From a candidate division WOR-3 bacterium (GTDB lineage: Bacteria; Hydrothermota; Tepidihabitantia; B3-TA06), in NCBI GenBank assembly GCA_965649265.1, contig CBFGKC010000013.1:26879-90878 (forward strand): 64,000 nt of DNA. The letters are read 5' to 3'. Of the stretch, positions 39,169 to 49,315 are shown one piece after another. The first letter of the stretch is position 1. Every line of letters begins with the position of its first letter. The notes below the pieces were generated by a model. It was given only the letters and a program-made list of their open reading frames with translations. It was not told the origin of the DNA and ran no database searches. A program made the translations under genes and the position numbers.

Positions 39169-40310
39169 GCGAAAACCTCTTTCCGGAGTTTTCCCTCGAG
39201 GATAGAGGCTACATGCAGGAGGCGTTGAAGCTGGCGGAAAGAGGGCGTGGAGCGGTTTCCCCGAATCCGATGGTCGGAGCGCTTGTGGTGAAAGAGAGAG
39301 GCGTTGTGGGAAAGGGTTATCATTCGCGCTGCGGCGGGCCTCATGCCGAGGCGATAGCGTTGGCAGACGCGCGGGGAAAAGCCGACGGTGCAACCCTTTA
39401 CGTGAACCTTGAACCATGCGTGCACTTCGGACGCACACCACCATGCGTCGAGCAGATAATCAAGTCGAGGATAAGACGCGTGGTCATCGCCACGCTCGAT
39501 CCTGACAGACTGGTGAACGGCAAGGGCATAGAGCAGCTTCTGCGCGCGCACGTAAAAGTCGACGTGGGTCTCATGCAGGATGAGGCAAGAAGTCTCAATG
39601 AGGCATACTTCAAGCACAGAATGAAGGGCGTACCCTTTGTTATTCTCAAACTGGCCTCTACACTCGACGGCAAACTCGCGACCGCATCCGGTGATTCCAG
39701 GTGGATTACGGGCGAGGAAGCGCGGCGGTATTCACACCAACTCAGGGCCGAATCCGACGCTGTAATGGTCGGCGTAGGCACGATTCTCAAGGACGATCCC
39801 GAACTCACAGTCAGGCTTGTACCGGGTCGCAATCCCCTGAAGGTCATTCTTGACACCACGCTGAAGACACCGTTTGACGCAAAGGTTTTCAGAGAGGGAA
39901 AAACGCTCATCTTTACCTCGCGAGAGAGCTTGACGGCGCGGGAGAAGTATGACGAAGCGAGGGTCTCTTTTGCCGGAGCGGATGTTGACGAAAAGGGGAA
40001 TCTCGATCTTGTTCAGATTTTGAAGGAACTCGGCAGGCGCCAGGTTTCGCAGCTCCTTGTGGAGGGGGGAGGTACTCTTGCATCTGAGCTCTTGAGACTA
40101 GATCTCGTGGATCGTCTCAGCCTCTGCATCAATCCCTCTTTTCTCGGGAAGGGTATGGGCTACACCGAAACCATGGAGTGCGCACTCGTAAGCGAAAGGG
40201 TCAATCTGGAGAATGTCAAGGTAAGTATGATCGGTGAAGATTTGAGAATAGAAGCCAGACCTTCGCCACCCCGACGAGGCGACGGCGAGGCCGGGACTGA
40301 GGAGGGTTGA
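39165..40310 (+). CDS. ribD: bifunctional riboflavin deaminase/reductase
   Basis: PNPMVG, HAE, LEPCxHxGRTPPC, STLDGK, SRWIT, VEGG. Confidence 0.96.
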   Translation: MSENLFPEFSLEDRGYMQEALKLAERGRGAVSPNPMVGALVVKERGVVGKGYHSRCGGPHAEAIALADARGKADGATLYVNLEPCVHFGRTPPCVEQIIKSRIRRVVIATLDPDRLVNGKGIEQLLRAHVKVDVGLMQDEARSLNEAYFKHRMKGVPFVILKLASTLDGKLATASGDSRWITGEEARRYSHQLRAESDAVMVGVGTILKDDPELTVRLVPGRNPLKVILDTTLKTPFDAKVFREGKTLIFTSRESLTAREKYDEARVSFAGADVDEKGNLDLVQILKELGRRQVSQLLVEGGGTLASELLRLDLVDRLSLCINPSFLGKGMGYTETMECALVSERVNLENVKVSMIGEDLRIEARPSPPRRGDGEAGTEEG

Positions 40311-40312
40311 GG

Positions 40313-40900
40313 GTGTTTACAGGTCTAATAGAGGAAGTGGGCACAGTCAGGCGTGTTTCAGCGATCGGGGAGAATAAGATTCTCGAAATCAAGACTTTGC
40401 TCGAGCTTGCGACCGGAGACAGCCTTTCAGTCAGCGGAGTGTGCCTTACGGTAACGGAAAAAGGAAACGGCTGGGTAAAAGTCGAAGCCACGGAGAAGAC
40501 CATTGGGCGGACGACACTCAGGGACGTTTATGCCGAGACCCGCGTCAATCTCGAGCGCGCCCTCACTCTCTCAAAACCCCTGGGCGGTCATCTTGTGCAA
40601 GGACACGTGGACGAGGTCGGCAAGATTACGGGAATCCACAGGACCGAGGACGCGTGCAAGATTGAAGTTGCTTTTTCAAGAGAGTTCTCGGAGCTGGTCG
40701 TCGATCAGGGCTCTGTGGCGATTGACGGCGTGAGCCTCACAGTCCTCGAAAAGAAGAACGGACCCAAGTTGTCGGTCAACGTCATCCCGGAGACCCTGCG
40801 CAGAACCACACTGGGTGAACGAAGGGTTTCAGATAAGGTCAACCTGGAGTACGATCTTTTGGCCAAGTACGTCCGGGAGAACGTGCGCGCAAGAATCTAA
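40313..40900 (+). CDS. ribE: riboflavin synthase (alpha chain)
   Basis: MFTGLIEEVG, GVCLTV, NLERA, GGHLVQGHVD, DGVSLT. Confidence 0.95.
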   Translation: MFTGLIEEVGTVRRVSAIGENKILEIKTLLELATGDSLSVSGVCLTVTEKGNGWVKVEATEKTIGRTTLRDVYAETRVNLERALTLSKPLGGHLVQGHVDEVGKITGIHRTEDACKIEVAFSREFSELVVDQGSVAIDGVSLTVLEKKNGPKLSVNVIPETLRRTTLGERRVSDKVNLEYDLLAKYVRENVRARI

Positions 40901-41101
40901 AGAGCAGAGGCCCGATTTAAAGTCTTTTTTTAACCCCGTTAACGGTGTTGACATACCATGCTCTGAGAATATACTTAGTTTTGATGAAGCGGGTCAAACA
41001 TGCAATTCCCGTAAAACATACAAGGGACGGATGGCATTGTTTCAGAAGGAAGGCGTATATTCCCCAAAAAGAAATTTTAAAACCCTTAGTTGGAGGCATT
41101 A

Positions 41102-42169
41102 ATGCATAAAAAGCTTTTCATACCAGGACCGACCGAGGTCCTTCCCGAGGTTCTTGCGGCACAGACTAAGCCGATGATAGGTCATCGCATGAAGGATTTC
41201 TCCGCCCTCGGCACGTCCGTTCTCACAAAATTCAAGAAAGCTTTCGAAACCGACTGGGACGTCATCATCTGGACTAGTTCCGGTTCGCTCGTCATGGAGG
41301 CATCGCTTCGCAACTCTGTCAAGAAGGGCGTCCTTCACACCCTTGGCGGTTCGTTCGCGGAACGCTGGTACAAGATGTCCGGGGCAAACGGGCTTCCCAA
41401 CGGAAAGATAGAGGTCGAATGGGGCAAGGCTTTCAAGCCGGAGATGGTGGATAAGGAACTTGCGACAGGCAAGTACGACGTGCTCTGTTTAACGCACAAC
41501 GAGACATCCACCGGCGTCATGAATCCTACCGCCGAGATCGCGGACATGGTTCACCAGAAGTACCCGGATGTACTTATACTCGTTGACGCGGTATCATCTA
41601 TGGCCGGCGCAAAGATCGACTTCAGCAAGTACGACGTCGTGTTGACTTCATCGCAAAAATGCTTCGGCCTCCCTCCCGGAATAGCCTTCTCGGTCGTCTC
41701 CCCGCGCTTCATGGAGAACGCGAAAACCGTGCCGAACCGAGGTCTCTACACTGATTTTCTTGACATGAAGAAGTACATTGTCGAGAAGGAAGGCCAGACT
41801 CCCTCCACCCCTGCTATATCGCTCTACTACGCGCTCGATCTCCAACTCGATCGCATGCTTGCCGAAGGCATGGAGAACCGCTACAAGCGTCACCAGGCAA
41901 TGGCCGAGCGCACGCGCGAGTGGGTAAATAAGCATTTCGCTCTGTTCCCCGAGCCGGGTTACGAATCACTCACGGTCACCGTCGGCTCCAACACCAAGAA
42001 CGCCAACATAGGCGATCTAAACAAGGCGCTTGGCCAGAAAGGCATGGCCATTGCGAACGGCTACGGCAAGCTTAAGGATCAGACCTTCCGCATCGCCCAC
42101 ATGGGTGATTTGACAATGAAGGACATTGATGAGGTCCTTGGCGCCATAGACGAAATACTCGGTCACTAG
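41102..42169 (+). CDS. class V PLP aminotransferase (serine-pyruvate/phosphoserine aminotransferase-like)
   Basis: LFIPGPT, HNETSTG, DAVSS, SSQKCFGLPPG, FRIAHMG. Confidence 0.88.
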   Translation: MHKKLFIPGPTEVLPEVLAAQTKPMIGHRMKDFSALGTSVLTKFKKAFETDWDVIIWTSSGSLVMEASLRNSVKKGVLHTLGGSFAERWYKMSGANGLPNGKIEVEWGKAFKPEMVDKELATGKYDVLCLTHNETSTGVMNPTAEIADMVHQKYPDVLILVDAVSSMAGAKIDFSKYDVVLTSSQKCFGLPPGIAFSVVSPRFMENAKTVPNRGLYTDFLDMKKYIVEKEGQTPSTPAISLYYALDLQLDRMLAEGMENRYKRHQAMAERTREWVNKHFALFPEPGYESLTVTVGSNTKNANIGDLNKALGQKGMAIANGYGKLKDQTFRIAHMGDLTMKDIDEVLGAIDEILGH

Positions 42170-42178
42170 GAGGAAAAG

Positions 42179-43081
42179 ATGAAGGTTCTCATTTCCGATC
42201 CCATCGCTCCTGCGGGAGTGGAGAAGCTGCGCAAGGCCGGTTTGGATGTAGTCGAAAAGCCTGGACTTTCGCCCGAGCAGCTCAAGGTCGAGATCAAGGA
42301 TTACGATGCCATAATAGTGCGCTCCGCGACCAAGGTCAAGAAGGACATCATCGAGGCAGGCACGAACCTCAAGGTCATAGGCCGTGCCGGAGTCGGTCTG
42401 GATAACGTCGATAAGGACGCCGCAAAGGAGCGCGGCATAAAGGTCGTCAACACGCCTGAGGCCACTTCCATTTCTGTTGCGGAACTCGCTTTGGGGCTCA
42501 TGCTGGCCGCCGCAAGGCACATCGCGCAGGGTACCGTCAGTCTCAAAGAAGGCCGCTGGGACAAGAAGAAGTTCGAAGGCGTCGAGCTTTACGGCAAGAT
42601 ACTCGGGATCATCGGCATCGGCCGCATCGGCTCCGAGCTTGCCAAGCGCGCCGAGGCACTGGGAATGAAAGTCTTCTTCTATGACCCTTACGTCAAGGAG
42701 ACCCAGTTCGGCATAGCAAAGGATCTTTCGGAGCTTCTTTCCAATGCCGATTTCATCTCCCTTCACCTGCCCCATACCGAGGAAACGCACTACCTTATCG
42801 GGCGTGACGAGTTCGCGAAGATGAAAGAAGGAGCAATACTCATCAATGCCGCTCGCGGCGGGGTTGTGGACGAGGAAGCCCTTTATGAGGCGCTGACATC
42901 CGGAAAACTTCGTGCCGCAGGCGTAGACGTCTTCGAAACGGAACCGGCGGTAGGACACAAACTCTTTACCCTTGAAAACGTGGTCGCCACCCCTCACGTC
43001 GGCGCCCAGGCCGAAGAAGGTCAGGTGCGTGCGGGGATTCAGATAGCCGACCGCGTAATCGAGGCTTTGAAAGGCAAATAG
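42179..43081 (+). CDS. serA: D-3-phosphoglycerate dehydrogenase (short form, no ACT domain)
   Basis: IVRSATKV, RAGVGLDNVD, GIGRIG, INAARGG, DVFETEP, TPHVGA. Confidence 0.85.
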   Translation: MKVLISDPIAPAGVEKLRKAGLDVVEKPGLSPEQLKVEIKDYDAIIVRSATKVKKDIIEAGTNLKVIGRAGVGLDNVDKDAAKERGIKVVNTPEATSISVAELALGLMLAAARHIAQGTVSLKEGRWDKKKFEGVELYGKILGIIGIGRIGSELAKRAEALGMKVFFYDPYVKETQFGIAKDLSELLSNADFISLHLPHTEETHYLIGRDEFAKMKEGAILINAARGGVVDEEALYEALTSGKLRAAGVDVFETEPAVGHKLFTLENVVATPHVGAQAEEGQVRAGIQIADRVIEALKGK

Positions 43082-44367
43082 TGGCTGAGATTCGTCCATT
43101 TCGCGGGCTGAGGTACAACCCCCAGAAGATCGGTAATCTTTCGGAAGTCATCACCCAGCCTTACGACAAGATCACGGCAGAGATGCAGGCCTCCTACTAC
43201 GGCAAGCATCCCCAGAATTATGTCCGCTTGATTTACGGAAAAGAGCCGGACCGCTACCAGGAATCGCTGGACTTTTTCGAAAAGTGGATGGCTGAAGGAT
43301 TTCTCGTAAGAGACGACAAACCTGCGATTTACCCCTACACGCAAACCTACAAGATCGAGGGAAATCCTGCTCCTGTGACACGCACCGGTTTTATTGCAGC
43401 TTTAAGGCTTCATCCTTACGAAGATAAGGTCGTACTTCCCCACGAGCGTACCCTTAAGAGTGCCAAGGAAGACCGCTTCAAGCTCTATGCCAAGACGCTT
43501 AAGGATTACGAACAAGTTTTCATGCTCTACGGCGACCCCGAGCGTAGAATCGAGAAACTACTCGAAGCAACGCTTGCGGAAAAGCCGCTCATGGAGGCGA
43601 CGGACGAATACGGCTGCATCCACCGCGTATGGAAAATGGATGACCCGGCTATGATCGACAAAGCCCAGGCGGTACTGGCCCCCCTCCCTGTAATGATAGC
43701 TGATGGTCATCATCGCTACGAGACCTCCCTTGCGCTCAAGGAGTATCTCATCGAACGTCATCCCGATGCCGTGACGGAGAGCGCTTTCAACTACCGCATG
43801 GTCACACTCGTGAATCTTTTTGACCCCGGCCTTCTCGTGCTGCCCACTCACCGGTTCGTCATCAAGCTCAAGGGTTCCTTCGACGATTTCAGGAAAAAGC
43901 TGGAGGGTTACTTTGAAGTGGCGAGCATACCGAAGGCCGATATCCAGACAAGGCTCAAGGCTGAAAACAAAAAGCAGGCATTCGTCCTTTACAGCAAGGT
44001 CGATGCCTTGCTGCTCACGTTCAAGAACCCGCAAGTGATGGACGAACTCTTGCCTGGCTCCCCCCCCGAGGTAAAAGCCCTCGACGTAGCCGTTCTTCAC
44101 GGGCTAGTAATCGAGAAGCTTTTGGGCATCTCCAAAGAGGAGATAGAGTCCTACATCAAGTACGAACGCTATACCGATAAAGCCATTGAGAGAGTCGATG
44201 CCGGCGAGTACGAGATGGTCTTCCTGATGAACCCGACAAAGGTCGATCAGGTGGAGTCGGTATCGAAAGCCGGGGAAAAGATGCCGCAGAAATCGACCGA
44301 TTTCTACCCGAAACTTGTTTCGGGGCTTGTGGCATTCGACGTAGCCCCAGGTGAAGTGCTCGGATAA
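43081..44367 (+). CDS. DUF1015 family protein
   Basis: IRPFRGLRY, PYD, PHERT, IADGHHRY, MPQKSTDFYPKL. Confidence 0.9.
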   Translation: MAEIRPFRGLRYNPQKIGNLSEVITQPYDKITAEMQASYYGKHPQNYVRLIYGKEPDRYQESLDFFEKWMAEGFLVRDDKPAIYPYTQTYKIEGNPAPVTRTGFIAALRLHPYEDKVVLPHERTLKSAKEDRFKLYAKTLKDYEQVFMLYGDPERRIEKLLEATLAEKPLMEATDEYGCIHRVWKMDDPAMIDKAQAVLAPLPVMIADGHHRYETSLALKEYLIERHPDAVTESAFNYRMVTLVNLFDPGLLVLPTHRFVIKLKGSFDDFRKKLEGYFEVASIPKADIQTRLKAENKKQAFVLYSKVDALLLTFKNPQVMDELLPGSPPEVKALDVAVLHGLVIEKLLGISKEEIESYIKYERYTDKAIERVDAGEYEMVFLMNPTKVDQVESVSKAGEKMPQKSTDFYPKLVSGLVAFDVAPGEVLG

Positions 44368-44450
44368 GAATGAGCACTTCTGATTAGAAAATTTGATTGT
44401 AAGAGCTGCTCAGCCCTGCTGTGCAGCTCTTGGTTTTTCGAGGAGGATTG

Positions 44451-47216
44451 ATGTCTTTGCTTTTCGTCCTTGCACTTTTGAATGCGCCTGCAGATACACT
44501 CTGGAAGGTTGAATATGATTACCTGCTACAGGGTCTGGAACTCATGAACCTTTCGACGAAGGATCTTGAATACGACAAACAGTGGATTCCCGACAGCTTC
44601 AGATTGAAGGTCGTTTCTGATTTGATGAACAGGCCGCTCGAAGTTCCCGACTACGTATTCTCATCAGGCAGAGACCTCAAGAGCTGCAAGCGCGCGGCCG
44701 ATTATTTCACTTTCGCCTCACGGCAGATAACGGGCAAGGAGGCGCGCGCAGACGCGTTCAAGACAAGGGACGTTGAAGGAAGGATCAAGGAGATATTCGT
44801 TCTCACGCAGGGACATCTGGACAGGGCATTTGCGAAACTCTCTGCCGGACAAAAGGACAGCCTCTGCTATACCGCCCCCGCCCTCTGGTCGGACGAGGCC
44901 GATTCGCTGGAAAAAGGGTATGCAGGAGCGTTGGAGAGGGAGTTCGGCGCGGCAAGGGATACGGGGTATGCCCTCAAGATGGTTGATCTTCTGAAACTTT
45001 CGCAGAATGTTGACGTAACCGAACTCGACAGGGCTGGCGCGACGCTCGCCGAGGGTGTCGAAGGTCTGATTCCTTTGGCAAAAGAGCTCGCCAAGCAAGG
45101 TAACCTTCCCGATCTCGAGGTCGATGGAGTTGTCGGCGGCATCTGCGCGGTTTACGATCTGGGCGGCGGACGCAAAGCGGTCATCGGCGGTCCTGGCCCG
45201 AATATATACACGGGCGACTTTGCCGTGATTGTCGACCTCGGCGGAAACGACATCTACGAGGGACGCGCGGCGGGGGCTCTCGGGACTCTTGGCTCGCCGG
45301 TTAGCTTTGTTCTCGATCTTTCGGGCGACGACGTGTACCGCAACTCCGGAAAGCTCGTAAACCAGGGCGCGGCGCTGTTCGGCGCGGCCCTTCTCTGGGA
45401 TGTGGAGGGTAACGATTCGTATAACGCTTTTCACATCTCACAAGGGGCAGGTCTTTACGGCGCGGGCATGCTGATTGACGAGAAGGGTGAGGATTCATAC
45501 AATGCCGGCTATTTCACCCAGGCGGCAGGCAACTTCGGCACGGGTGTTCTCATCGAGCGTGGTGGAAACGATACATATCGCGCATGGGACTGGGCGCAGG
45601 CCCTTGGCGGTCCCTGGGGGTACGGGCTTCTCGAGGACAAGTCGGGTAATGATCTGTATTATGCCGGCGGAAGGTATCTTCATATGCCTCTCGATCCCGA
45701 CCAGTACCGCTCCTTTGCCCAGGGTTTCGGCTTCGGGTGGCGCGACGTCTGCTCGGGCGGCATAGGTTTTCTGTGCGACCGCGAAGGAAACGACAAGTAC
45801 ATCGGCGAGGTATATGCCCAGGCCACTTCTTACTGGTTCGCCCTGGGGATGATTCTCGACGAGCAGGGAAACGATCTATACACGGCGGCGCAGTACTCGC
45901 AGGGCGCGGGAATACATCTCTCGGTCGGGGGACTATTCGATCTTGAAGGTGATGACCATTACTTTTCGCGATTCGGACCCTCCCAGGGGGAAGGGCACGA
46001 CCTTGCAGTGGGCTGGCTTCTCGACAAGGACGGCGATGACGTGTACTACGCCTCGGGCGGCCAGGGGATAGGTCTCACCAACTCGGTGGGGATATTCGTG
46101 GACAGCCGCGGCTCTGACGATTACACATCACGGGAAGCGCTCAGCGAGGGCGGCGCTAACTGGTCACGAGGTACCGGTGGAATAGGTCTGTTCATTGATT
46201 TGCAGGGTGCAGATCGATACGCGGAAAAGGACAAGGGCAAGGACAACTCTGTCTGGACGTCGGGCACGATGGCTCTGGGCATGGACGTTGAAGCTCTCGA
46301 GCCAAAGAAGGAGGAGTGGGAGGATACGACTGCCGTATTCCCGGAACTCGATACGATGCAAACGGATTCCGCCAGGATCTCGAGGCTCTTTCATTACGCC
46401 TCGTTGTGGCAGGTTCGTGCCGATATCGGAAAGGTGCGCACAGCGCGCAGGATGCTCAAGGAACAGTATGGGGCTAAGGCTGTAGACTTCATCTTCAACT
46501 ATGAGTTTTCCACTTACGACGGCCTTACGCAGGAGGCCTTCGACGCAATATTCAAGGATTTCAAAGACACCGTGGGCTTCTATCTTTTCAAGGGTCTGCA
46601 CTCACCCAACGACACGATTCTGCGGAATTCCATTTACTTTCTGGGATCCCTTCAGATTGAGGGCGCTTCGGACACGTTGACGGCTATGCTCGAGAAACAG
46701 ACCACTGACAGCCTTGTCGGCGCTCTCATATCCGCCCTGGGATCGCTCAAGGCCTCCAAGGCCGTACCCTTCATCACCCGATACGCCGAACACAAGAAGG
46801 AACGCATGAGGCTGCGTGTGGTTACCGCCCTCGGCGAGATAAAGGATTCGTCAACGCTTCCCACACTCATCAGGAGACTATCAGATGAATCGTTTACGGT
46901 CAAGGTAGCCTCAATGGCCGTCGTCGCGTCTTTCGGAAAGCCGGCGCTCGGCCCCTTGAAGAGGGAACTCCTTGCCGCGAAGAAGGACGATTACCGGACG
47001 ATTCTCTTGAGGACGCTGCGCAATACTTTCAGACAACTGGTCGATGCCGATAAAACCGCTTCGTTGAAGAAAGAGCTCGCGGAACTCGCCGGACCCTACA
47101 TGGATTCAAAATATCCTGCGCTGAGAGAGCAGGCGCGCAAGATGATTGACGAGGTCGAAGGCAGGGCGGTTCTCGGGCCCACCGATCTGTTTCTTTTACC
47201 CGAAGGGGAAGAGTAA
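44451..47216 (+). CDS. large protein with Gly/Asp-rich beta-helix repeats and C-terminal HEAT repeats
   Basis: About 10 L.D..G.D.Y......QG repeats; ALGSLK/ALGEIK HEAT-like units; SD GAGGAGG before ATG 44451. Confidence 0.75.
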   Translation: MSLLFVLALLNAPADTLWKVEYDYLLQGLELMNLSTKDLEYDKQWIPDSFRLKVVSDLMNRPLEVPDYVFSSGRDLKSCKRAADYFTFASRQITGKEARADAFKTRDVEGRIKEIFVLTQGHLDRAFAKLSAGQKDSLCYTAPALWSDEADSLEKGYAGALEREFGAARDTGYALKMVDLLKLSQNVDVTELDRAGATLAEGVEGLIPLAKELAKQGNLPDLEVDGVVGGICAVYDLGGGRKAVIGGPGPNIYTGDFAVIVDLGGNDIYEGRAAGALGTLGSPVSFVLDLSGDDVYRNSGKLVNQGAALFGAALLWDVEGNDSYNAFHISQGAGLYGAGMLIDEKGEDSYNAGYFTQAAGNFGTGVLIERGGNDTYRAWDWAQALGGPWGYGLLEDKSGNDLYYAGGRYLHMPLDPDQYRSFAQGFGFGWRDVCSGGIGFLCDREGNDKYIGEVYAQATSYWFALGMILDEQGNDLYTAAQYSQGAGIHLSVGGLFDLEGDDHYFSRFGPSQGEGHDLAVGWLLDKDGDDVYYASGGQGIGLTNSVGIFVDSRGSDDYTSREALSEGGANWSRGTGGIGLFIDLQGADRYAEKDKGKDNSVWTSGTMALGMDVEALEPKKEEWEDTTAVFPELDTMQTDSARISRLFHYASLWQVRADIGKVRTARRMLKEQYGAKAVDFIFNYEFSTYDGLTQEAFDAIFKDFKDTVGFYLFKGLHSPNDTILRNSIYFLGSLQIEGASDTLTAMLEKQTTDSLVGALISALGSLKASKAVPFITRYAEHKKERMRLRVVTALGEIKDSSTLPTLIRRLSDESFTVKVASMAVVASFGKPALGPLKRELLAAKKDDYRTILLRTLRNTFRQLVDADKTASLKKELAELAGPYMDSKYPALREQARKMIDEVEGRAVLGPTDLFLLPEGEE

Positions 47217-47352
47217 CACCAAAGAAATAAGATTTAATATTCTTTTTACTCTTTTCGTCTACGGTTAAAAGTTCCAAAAGTATCCAGAAATATATCTCTA
47301 GACACATCAATATAGCCGATAGTATCTTTTATGCTAATTATTTTAAAGGGTA

Positions 47353-47380
47353 TTGACAAGATATAAGCAGAGTATATAAT
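47353..47380 (+). promoter_or_regulatory. consensus sigma70 promoter upstream of the paralog array
   Basis: Exact TTGACA (47353-58), 16-nt spacer, TATAAT (47375-80) in an AT-rich region. Confidence 0.8.
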
Positions 47381-47437
47381 CTCCGTGAAATAGAATCCAT
47401 TTACAGATTCTTTTTACGAAAATTTTTTGGAGGAGAA

Positions 47438-47674
47438 ATGCACGACGAAAAAAAGAATCTTTTAAAAATGCGCAGCCGGGTTGATGCGTCAAGGGCGGCT
47501 CTCAAGTGCTGCAAGCGTTTCTCGAAAACCTCTCGTTTACGCGATCAGATTTCTTCTCTGTTCCCAAAAAATGTAGCAAAAACATTGTTTTTTATCAAAT
47601 TTTTTCAAATCAATTTGTTATGCTTTCCGGAAGTCTGGGGTGATTTGGAATGTCTTCGAACATCAAAGATCTGA
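47438..47674 (+). CDS. possible leader ORF, 78 aa, unrelated to the array family
   Basis: GGAGGAG SD just before the ATG, downstream of the promoter; no recognisable motif. Confidence 0.3.
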   Translation: MHDEKKNLLKMRSRVDASRAALKCCKRFSKTSRLRDQISSLFPKNVAKTLFFIKFFQINLLCFPEVWGDLECLRTSKI

Positions 47675-47747
47675 CTGATTCACATCTGGGGTCGTAAAAA
47701 CCGGGCGTTCTGAGGAGGAGCATTAACTCTTTAACAAAGGAGTAGAA

Positions 47748-48188
47748 ATGTCAAAAATCAGAACACTGACCCTCATCCTCTCAGCAATCATACTGTTCGC
47801 GGCAACCCCGATAATGGCCCAGCTTGCCGGTACGTGGGCCGGCACAGGCACGGGCATTGCCTATCCACCGTCGGGAGCAATCATATATCCCTGGCAAAAC
47901 TGGAAGGGCGCTATTCCTGCGACAGAAACATCCTTCAAGGGCGACTGGTGGGATGCAGACGGCCATTCCGGCACGTTCGAGGGTAAACAGGTCCCTTCGC
48001 CCATACCCGAGGAAAGGGTATTTCAGGGAACCTGGGTGCTGATTGACCCGTCAGGAATCTCCGCCAAATCCGGCGATTTCGAGATGCATTTCTTATTCAT
48101 TGAAGGAACCTGCAAGGGAACCTGGACCTCCATCTGGCCGTCATCGATCTCCGGCGGAACCATGAAAGGCGAAAGAGTAGACGACTGA
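47748..48188 (+). CDS. array family A copy 1, secreted Trp/Gly-rich protein
   Basis: Signal peptide; GTWAG, PWQNWKG, GDW.D.DG, GTF, GDF.M.F, CKGTW, GTMKG. Confidence 0.88.
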   Translation: MSKIRTLTLILSAIILFAATPIMAQLAGTWAGTGTGIAYPPSGAIIYPWQNWKGAIPATETSFKGDWWDADGHSGTFEGKQVPSPIPEERVFQGTWVLIDPSGISAKSGDFEMHFLFIEGTCKGTWTSIWPSSISGGTMKGERVDD

Positions 48189-48225
48189 CCAGGCTTCTTG
48201 AAGAAGCAAGTCAAGGAGAATTACC

Positions 48226-48672
48226 ATGAAAAGAAAACTTCTCGTTGCCGCGCTCGCGGCAGCAGTGCTTCTGGCTGCAAGCCCGGCATTCGCCCATCTC
48301 TCGGGTGCCTGGGAGGGAACGGGAACCGGGTATTGCTATCCGAGAAGCAGCATAATCATCTATCCATGGCAGGATTGGCAGGGTCAGATACCCAATGCCG
48401 CCAACTCTTTCACCGGCACATGGAATGACGCGCTGGGAAACCACGGCACATTTAAGGGTTCGCCCGCACCTTCCATTCCTGAGATTGCCGTATTTAAGGG
48501 AACGTGGACATGGTTCGACCCCGACGGCTCATCCACGATACCGGTCTACGGCGGTGATTTCACGATGACCTTCTATATTTTAGACGACACATGCGCCGGG
48601 ACTTGGACAACAATCTGGCCCACGCCGTATAAGGTCGGAACAATGAGAGGAGCCTGGGTTACGCCCGACTGA
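48226..48672 (+). CDS. array family A copy 2
   Basis: Same motif series; SD AAGGAG. Confidence 0.88.
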   Translation: MKRKLLVAALAAAVLLAASPAFAHLSGAWEGTGTGYCYPRSSIIIYPWQDWQGQIPNAANSFTGTWNDALGNHGTFKGSPAPSIPEIAVFKGTWTWFDPDGSSTIPVYGGDFTMTFYILDDTCAGTWTTIWPTPYKVGTMRGAWVTPD

Positions 48673-48825
48673 CGAATAGAACGATGCTTTATTTAATCAC
48701 TAAAAAAGAGCGCTCAGTCACGGTCGAAGAAATGGAATCCGCGATCCGCGGCTGAGAGCAATAATGTAGCGGGGGGAAGTGGCTTCCACCTCCCCCCCGG
48801 CTTCAAAAAATGCTAAGGAGGAGAA

Positions 48826-49272
48826 ATGATAAAATCAACAAATGCGAAGGCAATGTTCAGCGCCGTCGTGCTGATTCTTGGTGTGCTGATCGTGACGCCG
48901 GCTCTGGCGCAGCCCGCGGGCCGCTGGATCGGAACAGGTTCGGGCAGCACCACCCCCCCCTCCCTCGATCCTTCTCAGGAGCCGATACACCCATGGCAGG
49001 AATGGAAGGCCGATTTCATTGACGGCGTCTTCCTGGGCGTATGGCTGGACAAAGATGAGAACTACGGTCAGTTCAATGCCAAGATGGTCTCATCCACCCC
49101 GACAACGGCAACCTACAAGGGAACCTGGTCATGGCTCGCCCCCTCGGGCTGGCTCGTCGAGATAGGGGAGTTCAAAATGACTTTCAAGATAGACGAGTGG
49201 CTCTGCTACGGAGAATGGACGACAAATTACAATTCAGATGGTGGAACGATGGAGGGAGAGAGAACGGAATGA
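48826..49272 (+). CDS. array family A copy 3
   Basis: Same motif series; SD AAGGAGG. Confidence 0.88.
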   Translation: MIKSTNAKAMFSAVVLILGVLIVTPALAQPAGRWIGTGSGSTTPPSLDPSQEPIHPWQEWKADFIDGVFLGVWLDKDENYGQFNAKMVSSTPTTATYKGTWSWLAPSGWLVEIGEFKMTFKIDEWLCYGEWTTNYNSDGGTMEGERTE

Positions 49273-49315
49273 ACGCCGGAATAAACCGGCATTCATAAAA
49301 ACGCAAGGAGGAGAA

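Noticed and set aside
39100-40900. FMN riboswitch before the rib genes
   Set aside because: ribD overlaps the serS stop, so there is no leader, and no RFN motif was seen.
42017-43099. Long antisense ORFs (360 aa here; also 36458-37432, 23584-24378, 57350-58135)
   Set aside because: They are shadows of well-supported genes on the opposite strand and carry no motifs.
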